In this document: positions 27,790-41,985 of the stretch, one piece after another | Layout of the letters: each line of letters opens with the position of its first letter | Numbering within the stretch: position 1 is the stretch's first letter | DNA from: Octopus vulgaris | Taxonomy: Eukaryota | Direction of reading: 5' to 3' | Assembly (NCBI GenBank): GCA_951406725.2 | Contig: OX597833.1 | Span: 72,850,001-72,914,000 of the forward strand | DNA length: 64,000 nucleotides | Position numbers and translations under genes: made by a program | The notes under the pieces: generated by a model | Seen by the model: only the letters and a program-made list of their open reading frames with translations | Told to the model about the DNA's origin: nothing | Databases searched by the model: none

Positions 27790-28450
27790 AAGAATTACTA
27801 AGAAGTTTGGATTTTGCTGACCAGAAGACGAGGGAAATGAATGTGGAAAAAGAAAATGAATTTTGCGGCTGCGGCTGGTGAAATATTGAGGGTAGACTTA
27901 AAAAAGTACAAGGAAATCCTGCAAATGGAGGGGCACGAGGTAAAAGTGACCCCTCCTAGTGAAGTTGCAAGGGACACACTAAGAAAGACAGTAATATACA
28001 GAACGTATAATCTGGAGGCAAAGAAAATGGAAATAGCGACAAAACTACAAGTCGAGAAGGCTCTAAGATCCATCTGCAAGGATGTCACCTACCTTGCCAG
28101 AGGGAGAAAATACGCTAGGGTGGAGGTGTGATTTGCATCTGAGGAGAAGGCCAGGCAACATTCAGTAGCCTCCCTGGAAACGGACGAGTTAATACTTCTG
28201 CCTACTTACCTTGGAAGACGTGCTTCCAGGATAAGGGTGGAAGAGATTCCCCCGGAGGTAGATGTTGCCTGGCTGCAATACTGTTGGATGTTGAAGAGAA
28301 GATAGAGGTCCTCCGAGTAATGAGAGCGCCACCGAAGAATTGGCAAGAGCAGACCTTGGAAATAATCATCCAGGCTGCACCAGAGGAACTCGAAAGAATC
28401 GTCGACACCATATCGGTGGGAGACGAGGTAGTTTTGACAGTCATAGTGGG
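27790..28450 (+). mobile_element. Decayed LINE ORF1 (L1/Tx1-like, RRM-type) fragment
   Basis: [55 protein letters not shown], read through one stop and one frameshift; GC-rich island in (TA)n. Confidence 0.55.
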
Positions 28451-28451
28451 G

Positions 28452-28674
<223 letters not shown>

Positions 28675-28724
28675 CATACATATATAGAAATGTATATATG
28701 TAAATATATATGTATATATATACG

Positions 28725-28816
<92 letters not shown>

Positions 28817-28823
28817 CATATAT

Positions 28824-29340
28824 GTGCAGAATATAAGCTACTGGGAAAGACTCAAGAGATTAAAACTCTATTCCTTGGAGCGTAGGCGAGAAAGATATGC
28901 CATAATATACATCTGGAAGATCCTGGAGAGCCTTGTCCCAAACTTTGGCATCGAGAGTTACACAAATGCCAGAACTGGGCGCCACTGCGTGGTGCCTAGG
29001 ACTCCAAATTTGCCATCAAGATGTAGGACAAGATACTGTGATAGCCTGGGCTTCCGAAGCCCACAGCTCTTCAATATCCTCCCGAAGAACCTGAGAGACC
29101 TGCATGGGATGGATGCAGATGTCTTTAAAATGAAGCTGGATCTCTTCCTGTCAGGTGTCCCAGATGAACCAACTTCACGGCAGGAGGGGCAGATGCATCG
29201 AACTCTCTCATGCACCAAATGGCAGTTGCTAAAAAGCATTCGTGAAGTAAAATCATGTAGCAACACCAAATGGCAGTGCCCCACCATGGCCGCAGCTCGT
29301 GAGCTGAAACTAGAATCAATCAATCAATCAATCAATCAAT
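28824..29340 (+). mobile_element. CR1/L2-type LINE 3' end with (AATC)n tail
   Basis: [50 protein letters not shown]; 3' stem-loop AGCTC-GT-GAGCT-GAAAC and (ATCA)n tail. Confidence 0.88.
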
Positions 29341-29367
29341 CATATATGCATATATATATACATATGC

Positions 29368-29398
<31 letters not shown>

Positions 29399-29809
29399 CG
29401 CATATATATATACACGCATATATATATATATATATACATATATACGTAAATATAAGAGAGTTACCACTATGTGGTCGACTCTAGCGCTAAAAATAGATCC
29501 GCAATTTTCTCACCCTTATTAGTCGATTATTTACATATATATATATATACACATATATATATACATACATGTATATACATACATATATATATATGCATAC
29601 ATATATACATATATATACATATATATACAATATATATATACATATATATATACATATATATACACCTATATATATATACATATATATATATATACATATA
29701 TATATATATTCATACATACATACATACATATACATATATATTATATACATACATACATACATATACATATATATATATATTCATACATACATATATATAT
29801 ATATATATT

Positions 29810-29843
<34 letters not shown>

Positions 29844-29855
29844 CATACATACATA

Positions 29856-29886
<31 letters not shown>

Positions 29887-29890
29887 TCAT

Positions 29891-29922
<32 letters not shown>

Positions 29923-29952
29923 GTATGAATATATATATATATGTATGTAGGA

Positions 29953-29983
<31 letters not shown>

Positions 29984-29985
<2 letters not shown>

Positions 29986-30172
29986 GAGTAATCCCTCGAC
30001 TAATGCGTGTGTTGCGCCCCCACCCCCGCGATAGATGAAAATCTACGAATTATTATTTTAATAATTTGTATATATTTTATTGTAAATGCAAAACAACATG
30101 ATGTAAGCTTAAATAATAAACCGCAATAGGTGAGCCGCAATAGATGAACCGCGATATGGCATGGGTTTACTG
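29984..30172. mobile_element. Tigger/pogo-type MITE
   Basis: TA|CAG(AG)TAATCCCTCG ... GGGTTTACTG|TA terminal inverted repeats with TA target duplication. Confidence 0.7.
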
Positions 30173-32049
30173 TATATGCTTGGACCGCTGAAGTCTACAA
30201 GTTTTTTTCTTCTCTCTCTGTTTATTTTCTTTTTTGAAGAGCTTAGGTTTGAAACGTCAAAGACTTTTTCATTTTCCCGGGCCTCAAACTAATACACTTG
30301 GTTGCTGTTCATACACCTGTCTTCGTCTTTTCTTTTTCTGTGAATTTTAATTATGTGTGTGTGTGTGTGCTCGCGCGCGCGTGCGTGTATGCATAATGTG
30401 GTCGCACGAATCTGAGATGTAATAATAAATCAACTGTGGTAAGAATCCTCTTGGAATAGTTACTGGACAGATCTTGACCAGTTCTGAATCAAAATGGTAA
30501 TTCCAATGGAACAGAGCTTAGCATCGCAAAAGGCGTTCATATAGAATGCCTGGTCTGCGTGTGAACACAAACATGAATAGACATATCAGTGTATAAGGAT
30601 GTGTATATGTTTCAAAATAAACCCGTATGAGTGTGTTTGTGGGTGTGTATATCCAGTGAGATATACCTCCTTGTTGTGGATGAAATCATCTCATGTAGGC
30701 ATGTAATGAATTCCTTACATGTCTACCTAACATGTAAATCTGTAATTCCTATTAGCAAATGAAACACGTGTAATGGAGAATAAATGATACCAAAAAAATT
30801 TCCAGTTTCCTTTTATGTTGTATCCAACACACACGAAAGTATGGACTAAGAGAAGTATCCTCTTCTTTTTCCTCGTCATAACCAGTACCACCATCTGAGC
30901 CAAAGTGAAGTCCACTGCAGCGTGGCTGGAGTCTGTAACACTGGTGTGTGTGGTGTGAGAGGATTACAATCAAGAAAAAGAAGAACAAAAATACGCTAGA
31001 ATTGTTAGGTTCATGTATTTTCAGATAGATGCTGACGTTTCCTATTCCGGTGTTGTTACAATTGATTAAAGTACTTGAGTCCAGTGCCCCAGCTTGGCCG
31101 CAGTTCAATGACTGCTACTAGTATAAGAATCGATGGAAAAAAAATTCTTCCAAGGGAGATCACTCTAAATTATTTTAGGCTTTAATGAATAAGTTACTTC
31201 CCTTGAAATAACTTCAGCTGAGACTGTTTTTTTTTATTCCTGATTAAAGCAGAGACTTTAAGATGGAAAGGTGTCTCATCCAATATTTACAGAAACAGTC
31301 TACCTTGAGCTAACTTATCTAATGTGACCTTTTTGATAATGACCGTTTGGCTGCTTTTTTAGATACTTTCAAATATAGTGAACACGATGTGAAGTTTTAA
31401 TTCTCCCCCACCTCCGAACTGAATGAAATCAACTACCACTACTACTGTCAGTTCGCAAGTAGAATCGTCAGAACACTCAGCACAAAATATCTGTTAGCAT
31501 TTCGTGTCTTCACAGTCTGAGTTTCAATTCCGTCGATATCGACTTTGTCTTTCTTCCTTTCGGGATTAATAAAATAAAAACCTGTTGTCCAGTGAGGGCG
31601 ACTGACTTTCAGCCCTTGTGCCTATAGTAAAAAAAAAAAAAAAAGAATTTTTATTGGATTTCCAATTTAGGCAAAAGACTATCTATTTTGAGGGGTGGGG
31701 ATGGGTACTTATTTCATCCACCCCGAAAGGATGCTTGGGCAACTTGCCTTAAAGTTCTGATCCTTAACTTTCTGGGTTCAAATCCTGCCGAAGTGAACTT
31801 GCCTTCGGGGTCGATGAAGTACCAGCTAAATACTGGCGTTCGATTCCAATCTCTGGAAGAAACTGCAGCGGGCGGACCAACAGAACTCAAGGGAGATCTT
31901 ACGTTACAACTGCGATGACAACTTCTTTAGCAGTTGAGAGCCAAGACCGGTTTGTATTTTACGTAATATATATACATATATATTTCTGATATATATGTAT
32001 TATATATTTATGTCAATAACGAAAACTAGCTTCATTAAACTCGTACTTT

Positions 32050-32900
32050 AATATTAGGTCGTAGTCCATCAGACGCCCTCTTTGCAACATTTAGACAAGT
32101 GTTTCATGAATCTCAACATTAATTCCTACATAGAATGTGTGAAGAAATACTTTACAGGGTTGGACACAATAATAGCAGAATCTGGTTATACGGAAGTTTT
32201 TTTGTTTTTTTTATGCGTTATTCGTTCACCTTTAGCATCACTCTCAGCTTTAATTGAATCGAGGAATCGACTTGTACAGGTTCTAAACGGTTGTGAGGGG
32301 AATTCGGAGCCATTCTTCAAAAAATATCTGGATTTATGGCCAAAGGAAGTGGTTTTCACTTCCTGCTCCAAAATGCACCATAAATGTTCGATTATATTGG
32401 GGCGAGCTGGAGGGAATCCAAGTGATCGGCTGTTTTGCCGTCTTTGAACTAATTTGGAATAGTATTAACCGTGTGAATCGGCAACATTATCGCCCTGGAA
32501 GATGGCGCTCACATCAGGGAGCAATGTTTATACCATACGAGTACGATGGTGAGCCAAAATACTCAGTTTTTGGTGTTAATTCTGCCATGTAGAACAACTG
32601 AAATAGCTGCCTAAATCACCCATGCTTCTCGGTTGGGGCCAAAGTGTTGAAGCTCCTTTGATCTGTCTTTAAACAAACTTGGCCCGAATTGGAGAATTTC
32701 ATCCAAGATGACATTGTTGCGTTTAGCTTTTGACCACTTTTGTTAATTGGGGGAAATGGTGTGCAGACTCAATATTGATGGGAGACGGAAGAGGTTTACC
32801 ACTTGCAGGCTTCTCATGGAAGCCACTCGCAAAAAGAAAGGATACGGTGTATAGTGTAGTCCCAGATAGCCAGTGACTATAATTCGGTAAACAGAAACTG
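32050..32900 (-). mobile_element. Decayed Tc1-like (DD34E) transposase remnant
   Basis: Frameshifted minus-strand motifs GFHE..KPL.SP.N, FQGDNVA (cf. FQQDNA), W.PSSP..NIIEHLW (cf. WPSQSPDLNPIEHLW). Confidence 0.65.
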
Positions 32901-35405
32901 TTTGTGCGTATGAGTGATATTATGTATACATGGATACATTTATCTAAGTTCATATTGACCCCCATTTAAAAACCAATTGGAATACCCTTGCATTGATCAC
33001 TCCTTCAAACTAAAACTGACCCCAGGTAACAGACCCCCCATCTGATGAAGACTGATGAAGATCGATCTCAATTAAGCCATAAAACGGTGTAGAATGCATC
33101 GTGGGTTAACAAGTGATTCCTTTAGAATTTCTCCAAATGCAAAAACATGTTTAGGGTTTGGGGGTCTTTTATATCAGATACCATAAGCTAACAAGAGAAC
33201 ATCCATGTGGTTACTCAGTTGGCTAGAAATAGCAGCCAAATCTCCCTCATAACCCATCATTATCGGCTTGATATCCACTTTATTATGCTAGCATGGATCA
33301 GACAGAATTTAAGGCAGATTTTCTACAGCCAGAGCCCCTTTCTATTGTGAACCCTCAACTGTTTCTAAGCAAGGTAATGTTTCCTAATGGCTGAACAGGT
33401 TTCGTAGGAAGATTGGAATAATGACCATCACGTGTGTAAAAGAGACGCTCGTTACCAATTATCACGTGACCCCTAGACAAGGTGATAGAATCACACATAC
33501 AACTGGCCCCTTTCAGTTTCAAATCCACTTACACACCGTTCTTTTGTAGAGAATTATAGTAGACATCTTGTCGAAGGTGTCTCACAGAGGGACCGAAACC
33601 AGAACCATGCAGTTAGGAAGTGAACTTTCTAACACAGCCATGCCTTTACCATGACCCTACCCTAAAGAAAATTGGAAACCGGTAAGATATAGAGGATGTC
33701 TGCAATGCTGGTGGAATCCTAAACTACATCTTGGTTGGTATTAAAAGTGATTGGTGACGAGTACAATTCAGACTATTAAAAAAAAAGGGGGGGGGCAACA
33801 AAAACGGTCAGCTGTCTGTTGTAGGGTCACAATGTTGCAGGAAATGATGAACTGGAGCTGGCCCCAACCAATCCATACTCACTGCAACAAGCTCCATTCC
33901 CCCACCCACCAACTTGAAATGATGACAAAATGTCTATTTAAACCTTCTGGTTCTAACCTGTCTGACACCGACAACCGATTCTATGCTATAAAACTTCCTG
34001 CTTAAAATTATCTTGATTACAATCTTCCATTAAAGTTCCATGTCAATTTATATTCCAAGCACCAGCTTAATGACAAAGTTATTCTGCCAAATTCCCTTTT
34101 AAATTTTCAGAATCAATTTAAACAAAGGAATCACTAAAAGATTCAAAGAAACAATCTTATAAGAAAATACTCTTCCAATCGTTTCTATTAATTCTTGTAC
34201 TACAAACACTATCAATTAATCTTTCATTTTACTTTTATTTTAAAGTCAGTCATGAGGGGAGAGGTTTTGCCCATATCCTGAAGACTTCACAGCCAACACC
34301 AAACACTGCAACGTATTCAATGAAAAACTTCAAATTTTGCAACAAATGGCATTTTTAAAGTCTTTTACTCAGATTTCTCAAATGTCCCCATCCTCCAGTC
34401 TTAATGTCCTTTCCACCACATTTTACATTAATCAGCCAACCACCAAATAAGGACTCCTTCCGTGACTAGCAAAACCATCTCACTCCCCCTCCTGGCAATC
34501 TACCCAATTGTAGGGTCCCTCCCTTCCTTACTAATCTGGTCTTCTTCACCCCCATGCTTGCTCTGGACCTTTCTCTCATACTCCTATTTTCTAGCATAAG
34601 GCTATCACCTCAGGTTCGAAGTCTTGCAAGCCACATGACAACCTCATTGGTGTTGATTGCAGGAAAGAAAGTACCCAGGACCCATGGTTGGCATTGGGAA
34701 AGGCCATAGAAACCATGCCTTAGCAGACACCGTAACATGATGCAATCCCAGTGGAGCCCAGTGGATCCTATCAAACCGTCCAACCCATGCCAGCAAGGAA
34801 CAAGCAAGTTAAGTGATTATTAGACCAGGGAGTTGGCAGAATTGTTAGCAAACCAAACAAGAACTATAGAAACATTTTGTCTGTCTTTGTATTCTAAATT
34901 CAAATTGCTGAGGTCGACTTTGCCTTTCCTCCTTTTAGGGTCAATATCAGTCGAGCACTAGGGTCAATGCAATCGACTAGAGCCCCACCTTCCCCTCCAA
35001 AATATCAGTCCTTGTTCCTATACTCATCATCATTTAACATCCACCCTCCATGCTGGCACGGGGTGGATGGTTTGACATGAAGCTATCCAGACTCCCAACT
35101 GTTTGTTGTGAGATGAGGATTATTAAAAAGGGGCTGAACTGGCTGATTTGTTAGAACTTTGGACAAAACGCTTAGCAGCATTTCTTTCAGCCCTTGGCAT
35201 TCTCAGCTCAAATTCCACCAACCATGACTGTAGTCTACTGACCACGAAAGGATGAAAGATAAAGCATCAGTTGAATGCTGGGGTCGGAACTGATTTTCCC
35301 ACCTCTCTCAAAACTGCAGACCTTCGGTCAAGTTTGGAATTATTATTATTATTATTATTAGTGAAATTTAATAAAAATAGAAACAAGAAGAAAAAGTTTG
35401 ATAAG

Positions 35406-35411
35406 TTTATT
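35406..35411 (-). terminator. Probable polyadenylation signal of the beta-thymosin gene
   Basis: AATAAA on the minus strand ~700 nt after the stop, followed by a U/GU-rich tract. Confidence 0.5.
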
Positions 35412-36116
35412 TCAAAAAAAGTTGGAAAATGGAATTAAAGAAAAAAAAGAAACAGAAATTAGCTTTTAATTTGTAAGTCGTTTAATTTTCTTGATTTATT
35501 TTCTATGAAAACTGCAGCAAAAAGTGAAAGAATGAAAAGTTTGTTTCTTAAAAATAATTAAAAAAAAAAGGCACCAGATGGTTTGAAGGGAAAATAATTT
35601 TGTTTTGTTTAACGAAAGCAAGTTACGTTGTGTTTGTTCGTGATTAACAACCACTGGAAGGCAATAATTCCATTTCTTGTCACATTTGCAGATATTAAAT
35701 TATGATAGAAAAATAATAATACACAGACAAAGGTATTTGTCAGGTAAATTAAAGAGATTTTGTTGAAATAAACCAGCAAAAATCAGAAAAGAAAGAAATA
35801 CAGAAATAAAAGACGAATTTCGTTGAAGTGTGAGAGGAAAAAAAAGATGTAATGACATGCAGAGAGAAGAGAAGAAGATTTAAGATGGGGCTAGAATAAG
35901 AACTAATTATAATTAAAATAATGAGGAGGAGGAGGAGGCAAGAAAGCAATGGCTAGCAATAAGGAAAAAAAAAAGTTTCCCCACCCCCCTACTTCATCTT
36001 CTGAAGAATTCATCCTTAATGTGGAAGGTTAAGGTGTCTCGAGAAATTCTCTCAAAAGATTTGCCAACCCAGTGAAGAAGAAGAAAGAGAAATAAAATGT
36101 GAAGAAACCAGCCATC

Positions 36117-36145
36117 TTAAGCAGAGCCTTTTTCTTGAGCAATAT
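36117..36145 (-). CDS. Four-repeat beta-thymosin (tetrathymosin/ciboulot-like), last coding exon
   Basis: Acceptor TTTCTTTCCAG|; (D)IAQEKGSA*, the typical IxQEK beta-thymosin C-terminus; phase 1. Confidence 0.88.
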
Positions 36146-37232
36146 CTGGAAAGAAAAACAGAAAGTTTATAGAAAACGGAAGAAATTTCACAAACAAATA
36201 AAACAATAAACTGACGCCAGATAAAAACACACCATTTTGTCTTTCTAAAAAAAATAATCCAAGTTTTTCCACCCCCACCCACCCACCAGAATGGTTTCTG
36301 TAATAAGTGGAATACAGCTGCTATTTCTAGCAAGAGACGACTATTTCTCTATGGATTCCTGCCATCCTGAGGAGGCTTTCCACAGCAAACTTGTTCTGCT
36401 TTTCCCCCAAACAGCACCACCATGGGCCGCAAACTCTTTCCTTGCTTTATTACTTTTTTGAACTTCTGATACTACAACAGTCACAAGTTTTCTCAGGTCC
36501 CAGTTAGACAAACCCTAGCCCGACCCCTCTTCCTGATTTCTTCACTGTTTGGGGCTGGGGGTCCTTTCTGACCGCTCAGGACATTCAGTGCTTAACAAGA
36601 AGGTACGCAAACACACACGCACATCCAAACTCGTCCATTTTACAGCCAGATGCCTTTCCTCCTACTAACCCTTACCTTATTTGAGTGAGGGATCGCATTA
36701 CACACAGCTTCAAAGGGTCAAAGAGCCAAAAACAATTGGTTGACAACAACACAGAACACTTTTATACAAACAAATGCAGAAAAAAAAAACACCCAAACAC
36801 ATGAAAGTCTTCTTTCAGTTTTGCCGACCAAATCCACTCCAAAGGGCTTGGTCGGCCCAGGGCTATAGCAGAGAACTCTTGTTCGCGGTGGGATTGAGCC
36901 TGTAACCATGTGGTTGGAAAGTGACCCTTGGCAACCGTACAGCTATGCTTAACACCTTAATTCCAGTTCTAAATCGATTTCACTCATCGATCCATTTGCT
37001 GACACAGAGCTTCAGAGTTGCCTCCCCTCGCTCTTTAATCTTTCTCACAACACGTGACACTGATTAATGACGGGTTTTCTTTTTCTTTATTGAATAAGAG
37101 AAATGTATCGGCACCGATTATTAAAATCAGTTTGTGCCCAAGAAGAAAAAAAAACTGTCAGCTCCAAAAATGCCAAACAACTTTCACTTGTCAAACAAAC
37201 TGAACGAAAAACCAAAAAAAACCCGAACTCAC

Positions 37233-37346
37233 CGGCCTTGGTTGGCAAAACGGTTTTCTCACAAGTCTTTGTGCATTTCAACTCAGTTTTGTCAAACTTG
37301 TTGATGGAATTCTTCAGTTCTTGCTCAGTTTTTTCTTGTTTAATTG
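37233..37346 (-). CDS. Four-repeat beta-thymosin, coding exon 4 (114 nt)
   Basis: TTCTTTAG|..G|GTGAGT; (T)IKQEKTEQELKNSINKFDKTELKCTKTCEKTVLPTKA. Confidence 0.92.
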
Positions 37347-37944
37347 CTAAAGAAAAATTTCAGATCATTAAAGTATCTCCACGTAAACACACAAACTGTG
37401 AACAGCAAAACATACAAGAAATATCAGTTTCTAATATAAACAGATTTCACTTTAAAAACCAGTAAAGTGCCATTTTATCATCGGAGTCCATCTGGCATCT
37501 ACTTTCCAACAGCCGGATGCCCTTCCTGTCACCAACCTTCACCCGTTTCCAAGCAAGGTAACAGGTTTCTCCCAGGACCAGATAGGTTTCCACAACAGAT
37601 TGCAAACACTGCAATTCTATGAAGGCAAAATGTCTCTTTACAATTAGCAAACGACAAGACAACACAGATGTATATCTTGCTTGGAAACAAGGGTTGGCAA
37701 CAGGAAAGGCATCCAGCAAGAGAAATCCTGTCTCACTGAATCCCATCTGACCCATTCAAGCACGGAAAAACAGAAATGATAATAACAGGGTATGGTTGAA
37801 GGAATGTGTGCCTGCTTGTTATGAGATCCTGGGATGGTTTGAAATGAATGCCACCATCAGATGATGATACTCATATCCAGACTTCTATGAAAAACAGGTT
37901 TGGGCATAGGAAAGTAACGATGATAACCATAAGCAATCACTTAC

Positions 37945-38058
37945 TGTCTTTGTCTGGAAGCGGGTTCTTCTCCTCCACTTCAGCATGTTTTAGTTGGTTC
38001 TTATCAAAATCGGTAATATTGCTTCGTAGTTCTTGTTCCGTCTTCTCTTGGTCGATTT
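37945..38058 (-). CDS. Four-repeat beta-thymosin, coding exon 3 (114 nt)
   Basis: ATTTAG|..A|GTAAGT; (E)IDQEKTEQELRSNITDFDKNQLKHAEVEEKNPLPDKD, canonical FDK..LKH..EKNPLP. Confidence 0.93.
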
Positions 38059-38987
38059 CTAAATTTAAAGAAAAAAATTAAAATTAGAAAAGAAAAACAG
38101 AAACCAAGTCACTTTGGAGGGGGGGGGGGGAGTCTATTTACAAACACAGAAACAAAAAACACTTTTTTTTCTAGATTCCATTCAGTTTATTTGAATTCAT
38201 CAAAATAGTTTAATATCTTTTTCAAAATATAAGTTCCTTTGTCATATTTGTTCTGGAGAGGTGGGGGGGGGCCATTTGGGTGGAAACTGCAGAAAATGGA
38301 CGACTGCCAAAGTCAGTCGTTTCAAAATTTCATATTCAACCCAAACAACAGACAAAAGCATTTTGTTAAGTATCAAAGCCTTTTGTTGTCTAATTATGAC
38401 TCGGCCACGACAAACACTGAAACTCTTTATGACAGAAGCTGTTGGCCGCTTCTTGTTAGGTTTTGGCACAAATTATTTATTCACGCCTAAGAACTGGCTT
38501 CTTTACAGACTTGGAAACTTGGAAACTTGTTTGAAAACAAAACAGCAAACGAGAAAAGCTGAGAGAGGGGGGGGTGTTTGAATGACTAAGTACAACAATA
38601 CAATTGTTTTAATTGCTTATGCAACCATTATCGTTAGTAAAACAGTCAAAGTGTGACAAAAATAAATTTAATTCTTTCTCATTAAGAATTAAGAGTTAAT
38701 CCGTGATGAAAGATTTCTGACAATTAACTGGAAGATAACAGAATCCAAGAAAAATCTGTGGTGATGGTCAGCAACCACAAAAAATTGACTTAGTTTTGTA
38801 AATTTCGATAAAGCTGTATGGAATGGAGAGAATCTTTATTTCCAAGAAATGATTTTAGTCAGAAAGGATGTTTTTATGAAAGAAATTCTCCATCAAAGAA
38901 AAACTTCAACAGATTTGAAGTAAATTATTTTCACAAGAATTTAGAAAGTCATAAGTAAATAAAACTAAAAAGTTTAGAAAATTGGGC

Positions 38988-39295
38988 TCAGGTGTGGCTG
39001 AGTATACCTGCCAACCACATGGTTCCAGGCTCAGTCCCACTGAGTGACACCTTGGGCAAGTGTCTTCTACTATAACCTTGTGAGTAGAATTGGTAGATGG
39101 AAACTGAAAGAAGCCTGTCACGTGTGTGCATGCACCCCCCTCCCCCCACTGCTTGACAACTGGTGTTGATGCGTTTGTCCCCATAACTTAGATTTTTTGA
39201 AGCCTGGTACTTTATCAGTCTCTTGCCAAACTGCTAAGTGCTGGGGTCAGTGGGTGCTCCAGCATGGCCAGCACAGTCAAACAAGAGACAGAAAA
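38988..39295 (+). mobile_element. tRNA-derived SINE (family D), near full-length degenerate copy
   Basis: GGTGTGGCTG..CAACCACATGGTTCC..CCTTGGGCAAGTGTCTTCTAC..GGTAGATGGAAACTG..GCTCCAGCATGGCC; similar heads at 47412-47560 (+), 36800-36950, 52200-52340, 53330-53480 (-). Confidence 0.75.
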
Positions 39296-41366
39296 GATGC
39301 TGGCAAAAAGAAAAGGCTTCTAAAATGGAGGACATTTGAAGTGTTGCTATGGTGATCTGAAAACCCACCAAAATTTCTGTTGCAAACACCAGGCAAATAA
39401 TGTCAAGGCTAATTTGATGAAGTTCTTTGTTATTTTCAAAATTAATTACAACAAAGTTTATTCCAACAGAAATGTGCTAAGAGCCATTTTTGCGGCTGAA
39501 CTGGACAAAGCCATTCCTAAAGTTGTCTTGGTACATGAACAATAAGAACAGAAACAAATGACTGCTTTGTTGACAAAGCTACAACGCCATGGACAATGCA
39601 AATGTCTTTGAATGGTTAATAAGAAGGTAAATCATCCTTTCATGAATTTAGTAGAGAAAAATCTTCACAAAAATCTGTTTCCACATCAAATACAGACTCA
39701 CCTTTCTGTCACCTGAAAATGAAATTTACAAGATTCATTGGCAAAGTGCAAGAGATTCCCAAAGAATTTGTATTTGGAGAAAGTTTACAAGAATCACATT
39801 AAATGCTGATTGACCTGAAAGGAAATACTAAATCTATTGAGGTTTTCAGCACAAACCCACCACAAGTGCACAATAAAGGGCAAAATGTGTTCCAAATAAC
39901 CATGCTGCAGATTTAGGGAAATCTGCAAATGTGCACACACAGGTGTGAATAATGCACTCAATTGTGCAGTTTGTGTGCATAATGTTGGTATAAATCTACA
40001 TTGACAAAAACAGGCAAACATTCAACCAGAAAAATCTCCCTTAGGCCAAAGTCATTCTACTATTTAAGACCCAACCAATGTCTAATAATAGGGACCAGCC
40101 AATTCAACTTAGCCGGTCGAATAATTACAATACAAAATAGTCTGCAAAAGATTAATCTTTTTCTCAAATTCAATAGCTTGTCCTTTTAACTTTATTAACC
40201 GTTCTGATACCCACTGAAGTCCACCCGGTTCTAAGATACACACTGCCTGTTTTTAAATTAATTTAATTCTAGGTTGATGTTTAGAATATAAATTTAATGT
40301 GGTTTTACTAAATCATTCGTTATTTCCAAAATAGATCTCATGAGCCAAAACCTTACATAAACCAATAAGTCAAAAAACTACCAGAATTTTCTTCTACAGT
40401 GGAAAGATGTGCAATTCATAAAAACTATGCATTAAAAGTTCATAATTTATCATTTTTTTTTTTTATAGAAATCATTCCGGAACCAATCTTCTCTAAACCT
40501 TCTCAAAACCTATCTTCATTTGTAACTCATTAAGTTATACATCTAGTTAATTAGCTTCCAATTATAGGAAGGAGATAACATTCTCACATCAAACTTTAAA
40601 ATGTTTTTTTTTTAACTCTTAAGTAAATTTCAGGAGTTATAACTTCATATTCTCAAGAAATCAATTATATTTGGATAAAAACAGAATTATATGACAGATG
40701 TTTTGTAATCTAGACATAAAACAAAACAACAAAAGCAGCTTTAAAGGAGAAAATGGCCTTTTGAGATTTAGACAAGTTTTTAGGCTGAAGGGTTTGAGGA
40801 CAGATTAAAATTTGTGTGACTTATTAAGACCAAGAAATACAACAAACGAAGATTCATCGAATATTTAAAAGGGTCCAGTTTGATGTAACAAAATACAATT
40901 AAATATAAATTAATCACATTTACAAAATTAAATCAATTTAAATCTACAAAATTAAATCAATTTTGTGATGGAAGGAGGATAAGAGTACATCTTTAGTGGG
41001 TGGGGGTACATATTTCTGCAGGGAAAGGAAATGTTCTGCTCCAGAGTTTGGCGTTCTAGAAAAAAAAAGGAGAAAAAAAAGAAAAGAAAAAAAAACATAA
41101 AAAAAGAAATCTCTAAAAGCTATGTTAGTAACAACTTGAGTTAGTTTGAACGAAAACTATAAGCAACCGTTTAAGTATGAACAAACACAAAAAAGGGACC
41201 AGATTGGGAGGAGAGCCTGGTTTATTGATCGATTCATTCACCCTGTATACCCACCCACCCACCCACCCAAGCTGACAACACTAAACCTACTTTTGATACA
41301 ATGTATAACAAAAGTCTGTCTCTGCATTCACAAACAAGGACAGCAGTCAATGTTAAGAATGACTAT

Positions 41367-41399
<33 letters not shown>

Positions 41400-41937
41400 A
41401 GGGTAACAAGGAACTAGAATCAGCAATGGTTTGAAGTCGACCCCTAAAGACTTCATATTACAACCATATGTGTGTGTTTTATATACAACACCACACATCT
41501 TGTTATATCAATTCGCAAAAGAGATGATGATTAAATGATACAAAAATGTTGAGGCAGTGGGCAAGAGAAGATCCCTCTGACTCAGCATTTCGGGCTGCCA
41601 CCCCCTTAACACCCAGGCCACATTCCTAGCACCACCACCCCACCAACCAACCCTCACAAACACAGACCCCTTTCTGAAGCAAATCCAAAGCAACTGGATT
41701 TCACAAATAAAACTTAACCTAATGAACACCTTATTTTGTCGTTTTTACATGAATCGCGACCCCATTATCGCCCCACTTCTCTTCAAGGTCACCTTGGAAC
41801 TTTCCACTGTCCCTAGTGGGGGCAATACCATCCACTTTGGGAACCATTGCCTAACTCATGCCAAAAAGAGAAAATGTTAACTTGTAGACATAAATACAAA
41901 AAGGAGAAAAAAAGATTAGCCTTCTTATGGAAAACTC

Positions 41938-41985
<48 letters not shown>

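Noticed and set aside
33042-33090. CTGATGAAGA duplicated, hammerhead-core-like
   Set aside because: No stem II and no GAAA box
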